Shown here: piece after piece, positions 29,103-39,187 of the stretch
Position numbering within the stretch: position 1 is the stretch's first letter
Layout of the letters: every line of letters begins with the position of its first letter
DNA from: Pirellulaceae bacterium
Lineage (GTDB): Bacteria; Planctomycetota; Planctomycetia; Pirellulales; Pirellulaceae
Length of the DNA: 64,000 nucleotides
Reading direction: 5' to 3'
Assembly (NCBI GenBank): GCA_963714715.1
Contig: CAVQPV010000035.1
Coordinates: forward strand, 11,407 to 75,406
Notes under the pieces: model-generated
Database searches by the model: none
Told to the model about the DNA's origin: nothing
Seen by the model: the letters and a program-made list of their open reading frames with translations, nothing else
Position numbers and translations under genes: made by a program

Positions 29103-31769
29103 ATGTCGGCAGTAACACTTCGTCCGGTTGTCATTCGCTGTCGTGAGCGTTTGAAGGTTGGCCGCGAGAAGTGTCGACTTCAGCACGCTTCCGGTTCACG
29201 TGGTGTCCAGGTCTCGACTCGTCTCGCCGATTTGTACGACGACATCGTGTTGGAGGTGTGGAGCGAGGCCGTTGGTGATCACGCGGACGACCCGTCAGCG
29301 TCGGGCATCGCGTTGGTCGCTCACGGAGGATTTGGTCGCCGCGATCTAGCTCCCTATTCCGATGCGGACTTGATGCTGTTGACCAACAGCTCATCGGCCC
29401 CGCTGGCGGAAAAATTGTCGGGCCAACTAACGCGGGATCTGGTCGATGCCGGGTTGGATGTCGGCTTTTCGATTCGCATGCCCGATGAAGCGTGTCGCTT
29501 GTCTTGGACAGACGCGGTCATTTTTTCTTCATTGACCGAATCTCGACTGTTGGCCGGCAGCCTACAAGTTTACAGCCGGTTCTTTGAGTCTCTGCGACGC
29601 GGTGCGATGAGACGTAGCAAAAATTTGATTGAAGAAGTGGTGGCTGCCCGGCGGGAAGAAAGAGGTAAGTGGGGCGAAACGAACTTCTTGCTTCGTCCCA
29701 ACGTTAAACGCTCGCGCGGCGCATTGCGTGATATTCAATTGATTCGCTGGATCGGTTTTGCGCGTTATGGCGAAGCCGACCTGGACCAGTTGGCTGGGCT
29801 CGGCGCGTTGCCGGATGACGATTATCGGCAATTGCGAGATGCCTATGAATTCATGCTGCGACTGCGAAACGAATTGCACTTTCGTGAGCATCGAGCGCAA
29901 GACATCCTGGACCGTCCGACCCAGATGAAGATCGCGGAGGATTGGGGTTACAAGGGTAGTGAAGGAGTTCTGCCCGTCGAAGAATTCATGCAGGATTACT
30001 TTGACAACACGCGAAACGTCAGATACGCCGCTGCCTTTTTTGCTGATGATGCAAAGAGCCGGCCGTTGTTCGCGAAAATCTTCGAGCATGTCTTTTCAAA
30101 GCGAATCGACGAATGCATTCACATGGGTCCGACCCACATCTGGGTTAACGACGAGGATTTGGAACAGTTCGCTTGCAGTTTGCCAGAAGTGCTTCGACTG
30201 ATGCATCTGGCGAACCATCATCGACGGCGAATTTCGCATCGCACTTGGCAGGCGATTCGTACTGCCATGCAAGAGCGTGAGCCAAGGTCTCCTGATCCAA
30301 AGTCGATCGGATCATTCCTGGGACTGATGAGTCGCCCTGGCCGGCTGCCTTCCTTGCTGAGGAGATTGCATGAGTTGCGCGTCATTGAACAGTTGATCCC
30401 CGAGTTCAAGCGGACCAGAGGTCTGTTGCAATTCAACGCCTACCACAAGTACACCGTTGACGCACACAGCATTCGTGCCGTCGAAGCAGCAACCAATTTG
30501 CAAGACGATCCGTCACCGATGGGACGACGTTATCGGCGACTGAAGGACAAAACGCTATTGCATCTGGCGTTGTTGATCCACGATGTTGGCAAAGGATACG
30601 AAGAAGACCATTGCATTGTGGGAGCGAGGATCGCTCGTAAAACGGCCCAACGCCTGGAGCTTGATCCGGCCTCCAGTGAGATTCTTGAGTGGTTGGTGTT
30701 GAAACACTTGGACGTCAACGTGGCCGCCTTCCGTCACGATTTGAACGACCCCGAAATTGTGCTGTCGTTTGCCAAAGAAGTTGGCTCGATACGCAGGCTG
30801 GAATTGCTGATTGTGCATGCGGTCGCCGACCTGGAAGCTGTTGGCCCCGAGGTGATCACCGATTGGAAGATGAACTTGATCGAAGACCTTTATCTCCGCA
30901 CGCGGCGGTACTTCGAGACTGGATATCTGCCTGGCGAAAATGACGAGGAGCTTGAAGCGAAACGCGAGGAAGTGCGAACGGCCCTCGTGCAGCAGCATGC
31001 ACCCGCGGGCTGCGACCGCTTGCTAACTGAGCTGCCCATGTCGCTGCTCAACGGTGAGCCCCCCACGAAACTGGCCGAGCAATTACATCAGGCCAGCAAA
31101 CTTGTTAGCGGCGCCGGCGCCGGTTCGTTGTGTTTGGGCGAGTTCGACCCGCAAGTGTCGGCGATGCGATACACCGTGATCCGACGCGAGGGGGACCAGC
31201 GAATCGGTACATTTAGCCGAGTCACCGGCGCGTTGACGACTTGCGGGCAGACCATTTTGCGAGCCAGAATCGAGACAATCGACGACGATTTGGTTTGGGA
31301 TTGTTTTTGGGTGCATGACCCTGATTTCCCCAACGAGCCGCCTCAAGGCCGAATCAACGAGGTTTGCCAGCGCGTCTGTGAGTTGCTCGATTCACCTGAC
31401 GCTCCACTTCCCCCGCTGCGCCAGACCTGGGCTTCGCAGAGAAATCGTGAGCCGGCGAGCGTCAATGTTTTGCCGACAAATGTGGTCTTCGACAACGAGA
31501 CCGTGGACCGGTACACGATTCTGTCGCTTTTCACTTATGACCAAGTTGGATTGCTCTATCGCACGGCTGCGGCACTCGCCAGCATGCGAATCGTGCTTCA
31601 CTTTGCCAAGATCGATACGCATCTGGATCAGACCGCTGATGTGTTTTACGTGTCAGAGGAGAACGGACAGCAGATTCGTGATCTTGGGCGGCAAGCTCAG
31701 ATCAGGGAATTGCTGTTCGCAGTTGCCGACGCGGGGCCGACACAACCTTCCGTGTCGACTGAGCAGTAG
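29103..31769 (+). CDS. glnD: [Protein-PII] uridylyltransferase / uridylyl-removing enzyme
   Basis: 888 aa, 13 nt after glnB. It has a nucleotidyltransferase region (LVAHGGFGRRDLAPYSDADLMLL), an HD domain (HLALLIHDVGKG) and two ACT-like C-terminal segments. Confidence 0.9.
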   Translation: MSAVTLRPVVIRCRERLKVGREKCRLQHASGSRGVQVSTRLADLYDDIVLEVWSEAVGDHADDPSASGIALVAHGGFGRRDLAPYSDADLMLLTNSSSAPLAEKLSGQLTRDLVDAGLDVGFSIRMPDEACRLSWTDAVIFSSLTESRLLAGSLQVYSRFFESLRRGAMRRSKNLIEEVVAARREERGKWGETNFLLRPNVKRSRGALRDIQLIRWIGFARYGEADLDQLAGLGALPDDDYRQLRDAYEFMLRLRNELHFREHRAQDILDRPTQMKIAEDWGYKGSEGVLPVEEFMQDYFDNTRNVRYAAAFFADDAKSRPLFAKIFEHVFSKRIDECIHMGPTHIWVNDEDLEQFACSLPEVLRLMHLANHHRRRISHRTWQAIRTAMQEREPRSPDPKSIGSFLGLMSRPGRLPSLLRRLHELRVIEQLIPEFKRTRGLLQFNAYHKYTVDAHSIRAVEAATNLQDDPSPMGRRYRRLKDKTLLHLALLIHDVGKGYEEDHCIVGARIARKTAQRLELDPASSEILEWLVLKHLDVNVAAFRHDLNDPEIVLSFAKEVGSIRRLELLIVHAVADLEAVGPEVITDWKMNLIEDLYLRTRRYFETGYLPGENDEELEAKREEVRTALVQQHAPAGCDRLLTELPMSLLNGEPPTKLAEQLHQASKLVSGAGAGSLCLGEFDPQVSAMRYTVIRREGDQRIGTFSRVTGALTTCGQTILRARIETIDDDLVWDCFWVHDPDFPNEPPQGRINEVCQRVCELLDSPDAPLPPLRQTWASQRNREPASVNVLPTNVVFDNETVDRYTILSLFTYDQVGLLYRTAAALASMRIVLHFAKIDTHLDQTADVFYVSEENGQQIRDLGRQAQIRELLFAVADAGPTQPSVSTEQ

Positions 31770-31816
31770 CAGCGCCGGCTTTAATCGTTTGGTAAACCTT
31801 GCGGCTGCTAGCTTTT
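31767..31816 (+). terminator. Possible intrinsic terminator after glnD
   Basis: tagcagc(g)ccg ... cggctgcta forms a 7+2 bp stem with a large (~24 nt) loop, followed by gctttt. It is weak. Confidence 0.3.
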
Positions 31817-32067
31817 GCATCCCTTAGCGAAGCGCTCACCGCAACAGCGATTGTGCGGCGTGCCGGCGCAGAAAGCGAAAAAGTTTTGCCTGGTTTTATT
31901 TGCATCTATCGCGCCGCGCGGGAACACTTAACTTGACATAGTGTTTGTTCTCACTCGGAGAAGGTCCGCTGGTACTCCAGCGACTTCGGTTACGGAAAGC
32001 GAATGAGAACAAGCCAACCCGGACCCATGGTCCTCCTCCGTTTCTCCAATTACATGGATGTTTTGCT

Positions 32068-32823
32068 ATGCGAAAGATCGCAATTTGTACCGCCCTGGCC
32101 ATTCTGGCAGCTAACACCGCGTCGGCTAAGAACGACTTTGATGCTCTTTTGGGTGAGTTAACTTTTGGTGGTTCACCGAATCCAGCTGCCCAAGCACTCA
32201 CTCTCGACAACATCGCTGCGGACAACTTGGCTCCCGCTCCTGCACAGCAGGTTTCCGCTCAAGCCCCGGTCACCGACCCCGTTCCCACCCCCGAGCCAGA
32301 CGCCATCGTCATGCCGGAACCGGTGCCGGACGCGGCAGCCGAAGGGGATGTCACGGTAGAGCAAAGTGTCGTGTCAGAACCGGCAACTCTCGTTAAAGTT
32401 CCCGCCTGTGATTCGTGCGTCTCAGGCTGTGGGGGAAATCGACGGTGTGGCGGCCAATGTGGCATGGGGAACTGTGCCACTTGCGTGCCTCACACACCAC
32501 CGAACTTGCCCACTTCGTCGTTTTACGAGTACTTCAAGTCGAATGCTTGTAACTGTCGAGTCTGGGACGGCTATCAGAACCGTTGCATTTGGGGGTCCAA
32601 GCACTCACGGGGAGAATGCGACTGCTTTGCGCCCCGAAAAAAGAGTTGCTTGAGCGGACTGGGCTGTCATCCTCTTGGCCGCGGCGTCTGCCCTGCTGGC
32701 TCAGGCACGTGCAATACCAGCGGATGCCACGACTTGCCAGCATGCTGGACTCAAGACGACTGTGCGGGTGAAGCAACCTGTGCGGCCCCCGTTGGGTGCG
32801 ACAGCCCCGGTTGCGACGGCTAG
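32068..32823 (+). CDS. Secreted cysteine-rich hypothetical protein
   Basis: ATG 32068 gives the signal peptide MRKIAICTALAILAANTASA. A Pro/Ala/Val-rich linker follows, then a C-terminal half with more than 25 Cys (CDSCVSGCGGNRRCGGQCGMGNCATC...). Confidence 0.6.
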   Translation: MRKIAICTALAILAANTASAKNDFDALLGELTFGGSPNPAAQALTLDNIAADNLAPAPAQQVSAQAPVTDPVPTPEPDAIVMPEPVPDAAAEGDVTVEQSVVSEPATLVKVPACDSCVSGCGGNRRCGGQCGMGNCATCVPHTPPNLPTSSFYEYFKSNACNCRVWDGYQNRCIWGSKHSRGECDCFAPRKKSCLSGLGCHPLGRGVCPAGSGTCNTSGCHDLPACWTQDDCAGEATCAAPVGCDSPGCDG

Positions 32824-33129
32824 CAACGGCTGCACAACACCACTGGCAACAGCCGAAAACACGGCGTTTCGTGGATCGCACGGATTCAATGACAAAAAAT
32901 GATTCGCTGCAACGATTCTGTTGCAGGTAGTCGGTCGGTTGTGCCGATACGACTATTACCATGGATTGGGAGGGTGGAACGATCGGTGCCATCGTTCCAG
33001 CACTGACAGGGCCATGGTGAGGCAGGGAGGGCTTCACCATGGCCCTTCTCTCATTGGTCACCAAGGTTTCGGGCGAAGGCCAAAAATTTCTGCAGATCGA
33101 ATTCCGAGAATTCAGCGACCATGAAAGAA

Positions 33130-33170
33130 ACAGCCGCCGAAGTTGCAAACTTGGCGGCTGTCGTCGTTTT
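33130..33170. terminator. Bidirectional intrinsic-terminator-like hairpin directly downstream of the DUF1501 gene
   Basis: acagccgccgaagtt-gcaa-acttggcggctgt forms a 13-bp stem with one bulge. It is followed by cgtcgtttt on + and by a T-rich tract (tttctttc) on -. It lies 16 nt beyond the stop of 33186..34490. Confidence 0.55.
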
Positions 33171-33185
33171 GGGTTGCCGGTCGAA

Positions 33186-34490
33186 CTACGAGAACAATTG
33201 TTGGACGACGTTGCCATCGCGTACCAGCGTGATCGGACGACCCGTGCTGGATTTGTATTCCAGCGTCGGATCGATGCCCAGATTGTAGTAGAAGCTGGCA
33301 GCAACATCGTCGGGCGAGATCCCTTCGTGTCGGGGACCCGACGCGGTGTCGTCGCTTTCTCCAACCACCTGACCACCACGAACTGCCCCTCCGGCCATCA
33401 GCATGAACATACAGCGGGGGTAGTGGTCACGGCCGCCTTCGGCACTGCGGGTGTTGATCTTTGGCGTGCGGCCAAATTCGCCCGTCACGAAAATCGCGGT
33501 CGACCCCAGCAAGCCGCGCTGCTCCAGACCGATCAGCAGGCCGCTCAGACCCGCGTCCAGCTTCGGCAGGTTGGTGTCCTTGAGTTTCGTCCAGTTGTCT
33601 TGATGCGTGTCCCAGCCACCCAATTGCAGGCTGACCAGACGCACGCCCGATTCGACCAATCGCAACGCCAGTAGGCAGCTTTGGCCGAAGGAGTCTTCGC
33701 CAAATTGTCGGGCAAAACTCTCCGGCTCCTGGCTGATATCAAACGCCTGGCGGGCTCGAGACGATGTGATCATCGAATAGGCCTGATCGCCGAAGCGATC
33801 CAAACCGTCCAGCAACTGATCATTTTTTTCAAGTTCGGCAAAGCGACGATCCAACTTTTGAAGCAAGCCTTGCCGGCGTTTAACTTCGTCCACTCCGATG
33901 CCACCGGGCAGCGAGATGCCGCGAACCGAGTACGGCTGGCCGAAACTTGGTGAGGAATTCGTTTCCAAGGCAGCGTAGCGAATGCCCAGGAATCCTGCTC
34001 CATGGCCGGCACGCGGCACGGCAACTTGCGTGGGGATGTCAGGATCGCTGGGGCGTTCCTTGGCGAGGACTGCGCCGTAGCTGGGATATTCCAACGCTGG
34101 GATCGGCTTGCTGCCGGTGTTGACGTATTCGCGTCCCAAACGATGCGCGGCCAACGTATGGCTGACACCTCGGAGGATCGCGAATTTGTCGGCACAACCG
34201 GCCAGTTTTGGCAGATGCTCGGAAATCTGAATTCCGGGCACATTGGTGGCGATCGGCTTGAACTGCCCACGAACCTCATCGGGAGCGTCCGGTTTCAAGT
34301 CAAACGTGTCCATGTGTGACGGGCCGCCATTGAGTTCGATAAAGATTGCCCGGTCGGCTCGACCTGATTTCAATTCACCGGCGTGGGCCAATTGCATGTA
34401 CTGACTGAGCGTCAGGCCTCCAACGGTCAAGGCACCTGCTTTCAGCATGTCGCGGCGGCGAACGCCATCACATGTACGATGAAATTCCAT
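33186..34490 (-). CDS. DUF1501-family (sulfatase-fold) protein with twin-arginine signal
   Basis: The N-terminus RRRDMLKAGALTVGGLTLS is Tat-like. ...GGPSHMDTFDLKPDAP...LGGWDTHQDN...FVTGEFGRTP...GRDHYP are typical DUF1501 blocks. Confidence 0.88.
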   Translation of the reverse strand: MEFHRTCDGVRRRDMLKAGALTVGGLTLSQYMQLAHAGELKSGRADRAIFIELNGGPSHMDTFDLKPDAPDEVRGQFKPIATNVPGIQISEHLPKLAGCADKFAILRGVSHTLAAHRLGREYVNTGSKPIPALEYPSYGAVLAKERPSDPDIPTQVAVPRAGHGAGFLGIRYAALETNSSPSFGQPYSVRGISLPGGIGVDEVKRRQGLLQKLDRRFAELEKNDQLLDGLDRFGDQAYSMITSSRARQAFDISQEPESFARQFGEDSFGQSCLLALRLVESGVRLVSLQLGGWDTHQDNWTKLKDTNLPKLDAGLSGLLIGLEQRGLLGSTAIFVTGEFGRTPKINTRSAEGGRDHYPRCMFMLMAGGAVRGGQVVGESDDTASGPRHEGISPDDVAASFYYNLGIDPTLEYKSSTGRPITLVRDGNVVQQLFS

Positions 34491-34571
34491 AGTTAAGATT
34501 CTCTTGTTTGGTTGTAACGGACGGTAGGGTTGAACAGACGAATCATTGACCCGTCCGGCGAAACGAACGTA

Positions 34572-37370
34572 CTAGTGAGTGATGATGAACTCTTTCGTGT
34601 TCACTAACGCCCACAACAGCGACTGAACACCGTCAGCCGTTCTTTCAGACTCGTTGATGAACGATACAGCGGTGTGCATTTCATCGTCAGCGGGAAATCG
34701 ACTAAGCGTCCGCAAGTACGCGTCCTGAACAATCGCCTGAACCGACGCGGTTGCCGTTTTCGCGCTCTTCGCAGAAGGCTCCAAGTCAGCGGTCAGCCAA
34801 GCCTGCGGATCGGCCAGGATCTCATTCAGCGGCGGCACAGCAAAGCCGTACTGCTGGAACTTGCCGGAGATCCGCTTGTGTTCTTTTGCGAGCTGGGAAC
34901 GAAGCTTTTCTTGTCGAGCCTCCGGAGTCTTTTGGAATTGCTTGACACGACCGACGAATTGACGCTTGAATCCCATTGCCGCTCGCTCGATTTGAGCCTG
35001 CTTTGGATTGCTGACAGCACTCTTCGGTCCCGGTACGCCGATCGCCTGGCACGCTTGCGCCACCCAGCCGTCTTTGTCGGACAGACGCTGGTGCATTTCC
35101 GCATCGTTGCGCAAGTAGATCGATTGAAGCAAACTGGGCGAATCACTGCGGTCGCAATCGCAATTTGACTCACGGTTGGATTGTCCGAAAACCTCCAAGG
35201 CAAAGACTGCCTGATTGCGTTGCCGCGGCATACCTTCGGCGATCGCCATGGCATCGACCTGGCCTCGCATCTTCGACGTCTTGTTGTCCGAACCGGTCGC
35301 CAAATTGACGGCGTCATAAATCACTTCGGCTGGCAATCGGCGCGGCACGTGATGCGAGAAGTTGATGCGGTCCATCTTGTTGGTTTCATTCGTCTCAGCG
35401 CTACGTTGGTATGTTTCGCTGTTGCAAATTTCGCGATGCAGCCACTGCAAGTCGAAGTCGTGGGCAATCAATTCGCTGGCCAAATAGTCAAGCAGTGGAG
35501 CGTTGCTGGGCGGATTGGCCAAGTTCATGTCGTCGGTTGGATCGACGATCCCGGTACCGAAGTAGTTGCTCCAAATTCGATTCACAATCGCCTTGGCAAA
35601 GTACGGGTTGTCTTCGTTGCGTAACCAATCCATCAAGGCCGGCCGCGGGTCCTTGTCCAACTGAACCGGTTCGGCTTGGCCCAGGATTTTTCCCGTTGGG
35701 ATATTCAGCGGCGGCACCTTGCGGCCTTTCTTTTCGGCAGCAGCGCGGGCCTTTTTGACTTTGTCGGAAATCGCTCGCGTATTCACGAGCAATTCACCAA
35801 ACGGCACAATGTCGCCGTTCTTGCTGGCAGAAGAGACAGCCTTGCGAAGGTCGCCGCCCTTGAGCTTCTTGCCGCCGGTGATCCTGTCCAACAGCTTGTC
35901 GCGGTCTGCTTTGGCATCACTGGCAACCTGGTTTTGATTGTAACGCATCACGCCAAACAGCTTCGCAAATTCGTCAAAGTCGTTCTTTGACCATTGATCA
36001 AATGGATGCTTGTGGCATTGGGCGCACTCGATACGAACGCCCAGAAATGCGTATGCGAATCCGATGGCACGGTCTTCCGGCTTGGCGAAATTGCGCCGCG
36101 CCCAATACAGAGGCATTCCTTCTCGGTCGGCGAAAATTTGTTCGTTGCCCGGCTTGCATGCTTCCGTCATCGACTTGCAGTATTCGATGTAACTTTCGCC
36201 TTCGTCGCGATTCTTGGCTTCCACAATCCCCTCGACGATTTCGTCGTAAGGCACGTTGTCGGCCAGTCGCACGCGCAGCCACTCGTGCCAGATTCGCGTT
36301 CCTGCACCCCGCACGGGCAAGGCATTGGTGAGTTGCTCTTCGCTATTGCCGGTCCAGTCCGAAAACCTGGTCGCCCACCAGGCACCATAACCGGGTGAGT
36401 CAAGCAATTCGTCGATCAATCGTTCGCGTTTATCGGGCGACTTGTCAGCGAGAAACTCACGGACACGATCCGTCTCCGGCAAAATACCGGTGATGTCCAG
36501 CGAAGCGCGGCGAATGAACTCGGCGTCGGTGCATGATCCGGCGGGGATGATTCCCAGCTTATCCAGTTTTGTCTGCACTAATTGATCGATCGGTTTGCTC
36601 AGCTTGCTCGGTTTCTCCGGCAGCGTACCAAGGGGGCGCAAGACGGGAATCGGAACGACCGCGTTGTCGTAGTAGATGACGACGTGCGTGTCGCCTCGCT
36701 CGCCTGACTGGAGGTGGCCGTGTTCGTCGATCGCAGCAATCGCGTCATCGTTGGAACTGAAACGGCATAATTCCGTCACGTCTTCAATGGTGCCGCTGTC
36801 CCAATGAGCGTACGCTTTCAGTTCAACTTGCTGGCCCGCTTTCTGAAATTGGATTTCGCTGGGAACCACTTCCAACCGTTTCAGGGTTTGCGGCGCTTGA
36901 TCGCTGTAAGCCGCGCCAGCTGAAATCCAGCGGCTCAGGACGTGATGCTGCCAACTCCCCTTTTGAAATCGTTTGCCGCCTTCGTGCAGGTCGGCGTCCA
37001 GTGGTTTGGCCAGAATCAGGCTCTCGTCGACGTCGTCCACATCCACGCGGCCGGTTTGTTCATCCAGCAGAGCTTCGTGATCTCCCTTGAAGTCGTAGCC
37101 GAACAACGACAGCTGGAAACCGCCACGGCCTTGAAACGAACCGTGGCAGGCGCGTCCGTTACAGCCCAGACGACCGAGCAGCGGCACGACATGACGCTGG
37201 AAGTCAGGAACCTCATCGACGTCTGATTTCGCAAATCGTTCGCTTAGCGGTGCAGTCGCGGTCGCTTTTGACTCGGCTGTGATGTTAGCGTTCTTCGGCT
37301 CGGCAAACGCAGAGGGTGCGATTGCAAAACCGACCAGGCTAACCGCGAGGCAGGATGTCAGCTGTTTCAT
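34572..37370 (-). CDS. DUF1549/DUF1553 (PSCyt2/PSD1-type) protein with an Ig-like (Big_2-type) insert
   Basis: ATG 37370 gives the signal MKQLTSCLAVSLVGFAIAPSAFA. It contains VVPLLGRLGCNGRACHGSFQGRGGFQLSLFGYD, a Big_2-like segment (LEVVPSEIQFQKAGQQVELKAYAHWDSG...) and GVRIECAQCHKHPFDQW (a CxxCH motif). The C-terminal block is PSD1-like. Confidence 0.85.
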   Translation of the reverse strand: MKQLTSCLAVSLVGFAIAPSAFAEPKNANITAESKATATAPLSERFAKSDVDEVPDFQRHVVPLLGRLGCNGRACHGSFQGRGGFQLSLFGYDFKGDHEALLDEQTGRVDVDDVDESLILAKPLDADLHEGGKRFQKGSWQHHVLSRWISAGAAYSDQAPQTLKRLEVVPSEIQFQKAGQQVELKAYAHWDSGTIEDVTELCRFSSNDDAIAAIDEHGHLQSGERGDTHVVIYYDNAVVPIPVLRPLGTLPEKPSKLSKPIDQLVQTKLDKLGIIPAGSCTDAEFIRRASLDITGILPETDRVREFLADKSPDKRERLIDELLDSPGYGAWWATRFSDWTGNSEEQLTNALPVRGAGTRIWHEWLRVRLADNVPYDEIVEGIVEAKNRDEGESYIEYCKSMTEACKPGNEQIFADREGMPLYWARRNFAKPEDRAIGFAYAFLGVRIECAQCHKHPFDQWSKNDFDEFAKLFGVMRYNQNQVASDAKADRDKLLDRITGGKKLKGGDLRKAVSSASKNGDIVPFGELLVNTRAISDKVKKARAAAEKKGRKVPPLNIPTGKILGQAEPVQLDKDPRPALMDWLRNEDNPYFAKAIVNRIWSNYFGTGIVDPTDDMNLANPPSNAPLLDYLASELIAHDFDLQWLHREICNSETYQRSAETNETNKMDRINFSHHVPRRLPAEVIYDAVNLATGSDNKTSKMRGQVDAMAIAEGMPRQRNQAVFALEVFGQSNRESNCDCDRSDSPSLLQSIYLRNDAEMHQRLSDKDGWVAQACQAIGVPGPKSAVSNPKQAQIERAAMGFKRQFVGRVKQFQKTPEARQEKLRSQLAKEHKRISGKFQQYGFAVPPLNEILADPQAWLTADLEPSAKSAKTATASVQAIVQDAYLRTLSRFPADDEMHTAVSFINESERTADGVQSLLWALVNTKEFIITH

Positions 37371-37441
37371 GGGGATCACTATGCGGTGGGGATAGAGATT
37401 GAAGGTGGGAATCGTTTTGAATTGTGAACTGAACCGGCAGG

Positions 37442-38104
37442 TCATTCTTTCTCGCCGGACGGAGCGTCCGGTAGACGACCGGCCTTGCGTAAGAAACCTA
37501 GGTAACTTGTTTCCAGCTGTTCTCGGTAGTTGTCCTGTTTGGCGGACATGCGTTGCTTGGCCGCATCAAGCGACTTCTGTGTTCGATCGATTCGTTCTTG
37601 CAAAACCCGCAGCTCGTACTTGGCACGGTTCAACTCGGCCTGATGCAATCGGCCCGCAGCTTCGCGCAGACGCACTCTGTCTGCTTGATCGTCACGTACT
37701 TTTAACTTGGCAGTTAGCAAGCGGACGCTTGATTGAGCTTGCAGCAATTCAACTTCAATGTCGTAAAGCTCGTGATCACGGTTCTTGGATGCTTCCAAGC
37801 GACGGGCCGATTTGGCAAGGTCGCGAATCGCCAAGTTGTACTGTCGTGGATCGTCCGATCGCAGATGCTCCAAGACCGATTTCAGTTCCGGTAAATGGGA
37901 CTCGACCAATTGTGTGGCCGCGAGTTCTGCGTGGTGATCTGTTTTTGTCGAACGTGCGGTTGGTTTCGACGGTTTCTTTGGCTGTGCGTTGTTGTCGGCG
38001 ACTGACCGCTGATTCGTCGCGCGCGCCTCCACCGCCCACGCGTTGGGGACGGCGAGAGTCAAGATCACCGTTAGCATCGAACCAAAAAATAATCGCTCAG
38101 CCAT
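37442..38104 (-). CDS. Secreted coiled-coil hypothetical protein
   Basis: ATG 38104 (MAERLFFGSMLTVILTLAVPNAWA) overlaps the anti-sigma stop by 8 nt (ATGGCTGA). The sequence is heptad-like and charged throughout. Confidence 0.6.
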   Translation of the reverse strand: MAERLFFGSMLTVILTLAVPNAWAVEARATNQRSVADNNAQPKKPSKPTARSTKTDHHAELAATQLVESHLPELKSVLEHLRSDDPRQYNLAIRDLAKSARRLEASKNRDHELYDIEVELLQAQSSVRLLTAKLKVRDDQADRVRLREAAGRLHQAELNRAKYELRVLQERIDRTQKSLDAAKQRMSAKQDNYREQLETSYLGFLRKAGRLPDAPSGEKE

Positions 38105-38654
38105 CTGAAATTGCTCCTGCCTCAACCGCGGTAACGATCCATGAGAGCGTCGATTCGTCTTCCCAGGGTTGGTCGTCAACCGTAAATGGTTCTCCTAGCT
38201 CAGCATCAAAATCAGGTTCTGAATTGCCATTTAGATCGCTGATGTCGGTGGCGGCCACCGATCCCTCGGCCCAAGCATGGGCGATCAACAATGATTCCGG
38301 CATGCTTTCAGCAACGACTGTTTTGTCGCGGACTTGCTCGGTGGGCCGACTTAGAAAGGCAATCATCACGCAGGTTGCGATGGCCACCGCCGTTATCACG
38401 ACTCGCAGTGAAGAGTGCGAAGATCCTGCGGGAGCCACGCAGACCGACGGCTTGACCCGTGAGAGACCCACGACGATTTCTGATTGTGAGATCAATTCGC
38501 TTTGTAAAGGGTCTGAGTCACGCAGTTCCGCTTCGAATACCGCTGCCTGCCCGTCATCCATTTCCCCCAGCAGATAGAGCGAACATCGCTCATGGATGTC
38601 TTCGCCTACCGCATGTGGATTTGCGTTCCCAGCTTCTTTCGCTTGTGATCTCAT
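38097..38654 (-). CDS. Anti-sigma factor (single-pass)
   Basis: Its start overlaps the sigma stop (ATGA). It has an anti-sigma N-terminal pattern (HERCSLYLLGEMDDGQAAVFEAELRDSDPLQSEL) and a TM (VVITAVAIATCVMIAFL). Confidence 0.7.
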   Translation of the reverse strand: MRSQAKEAGNANPHAVGEDIHERCSLYLLGEMDDGQAAVFEAELRDSDPLQSELISQSEIVVGLSRVKPSVCVAPAGSSHSSLRVVITAVAIATCVMIAFLSRPTEQVRDKTVVAESMPESLLIAHAWAEGSVAATDISDLNGNSEPDFDAELGEPFTVDDQPWEDESTLSWIVTAVEAGAISDG

Positions 38655-39187
38655 GGTTTTTCGTCGGATTCGATTTCGCTGCGAAGTTGTTGCAGGGCTC
38701 GACGCATTCGAGTCAGGGCCGTTCCCAGCGGAATCTGTAGTTGATCTGCGATCTGTTGAAAGGTCAGGCTCTCATGCATCCGCAAGCGGACAACCTGTTG
38801 CCAAGACTCGGGCAGCCCCAGCACGGCTTGGCGAAGTTTTTCGGTCGTCTCAGTTCGGATGACTTTTTCGGTCGCGTCATCCTCAATGGTTATCTGTCGG
38901 GTCTGTTTTTCCAAAACCCGGTCCGTCGTCGCTTTGGCACGCCACATTCGAGCCGCCTCGTTGGCGGCCACTCGGAACAGCCAAGCCCGACGGGCGACCG
39001 GAGCAACGTCCCGACCGCTTTCGACCATCTTGACGTAAACCACCTGAAGGCAATCCTCCACGTCGACCGGCTGACTCAGCCGACCACTCAAAAACGCTCG
39101 CAATCCCGATTCGCAAGCCCGAAAGACTTCTCGCCATTGATCGGCGAGTTCGTCGTCGGTCGGCGAATTGGGTGGGATTTCGCTCAT
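38651..39187 (-). CDS. ECF-type RNA polymerase sigma-70 family factor
   Basis: Region 2 (DVEDCLQVVYVKMVE...AWLFRVAANEAARMWR) and region 4 (ESLTFQQIADQLQIPLGTALTRMRRALQQLR). Confidence 0.88.
   Translation of the reverse strand: MSEIPPNSPTDDELADQWREVFRACESGLRAFLSGRLSQPVDVEDCLQVVYVKMVESGRDVAPVARRAWLFRVAANEAARMWRAKATTDRVLEKQTRQITIEDDATEKVIRTETTEKLRQAVLGLPESWQQVVRLRMHESLTFQQIADQLQIPLGTALTRMRRALQQLRSEIESDEKP

Noticed and set aside
37399-38577. 392-aa plus-strand ORF
   Set aside because: It is antisense to the coiled-coil and anti-sigma genes, which are translationally coupled to the ECF sigma gene. It is Ser/Arg/Pro-rich with no domain.
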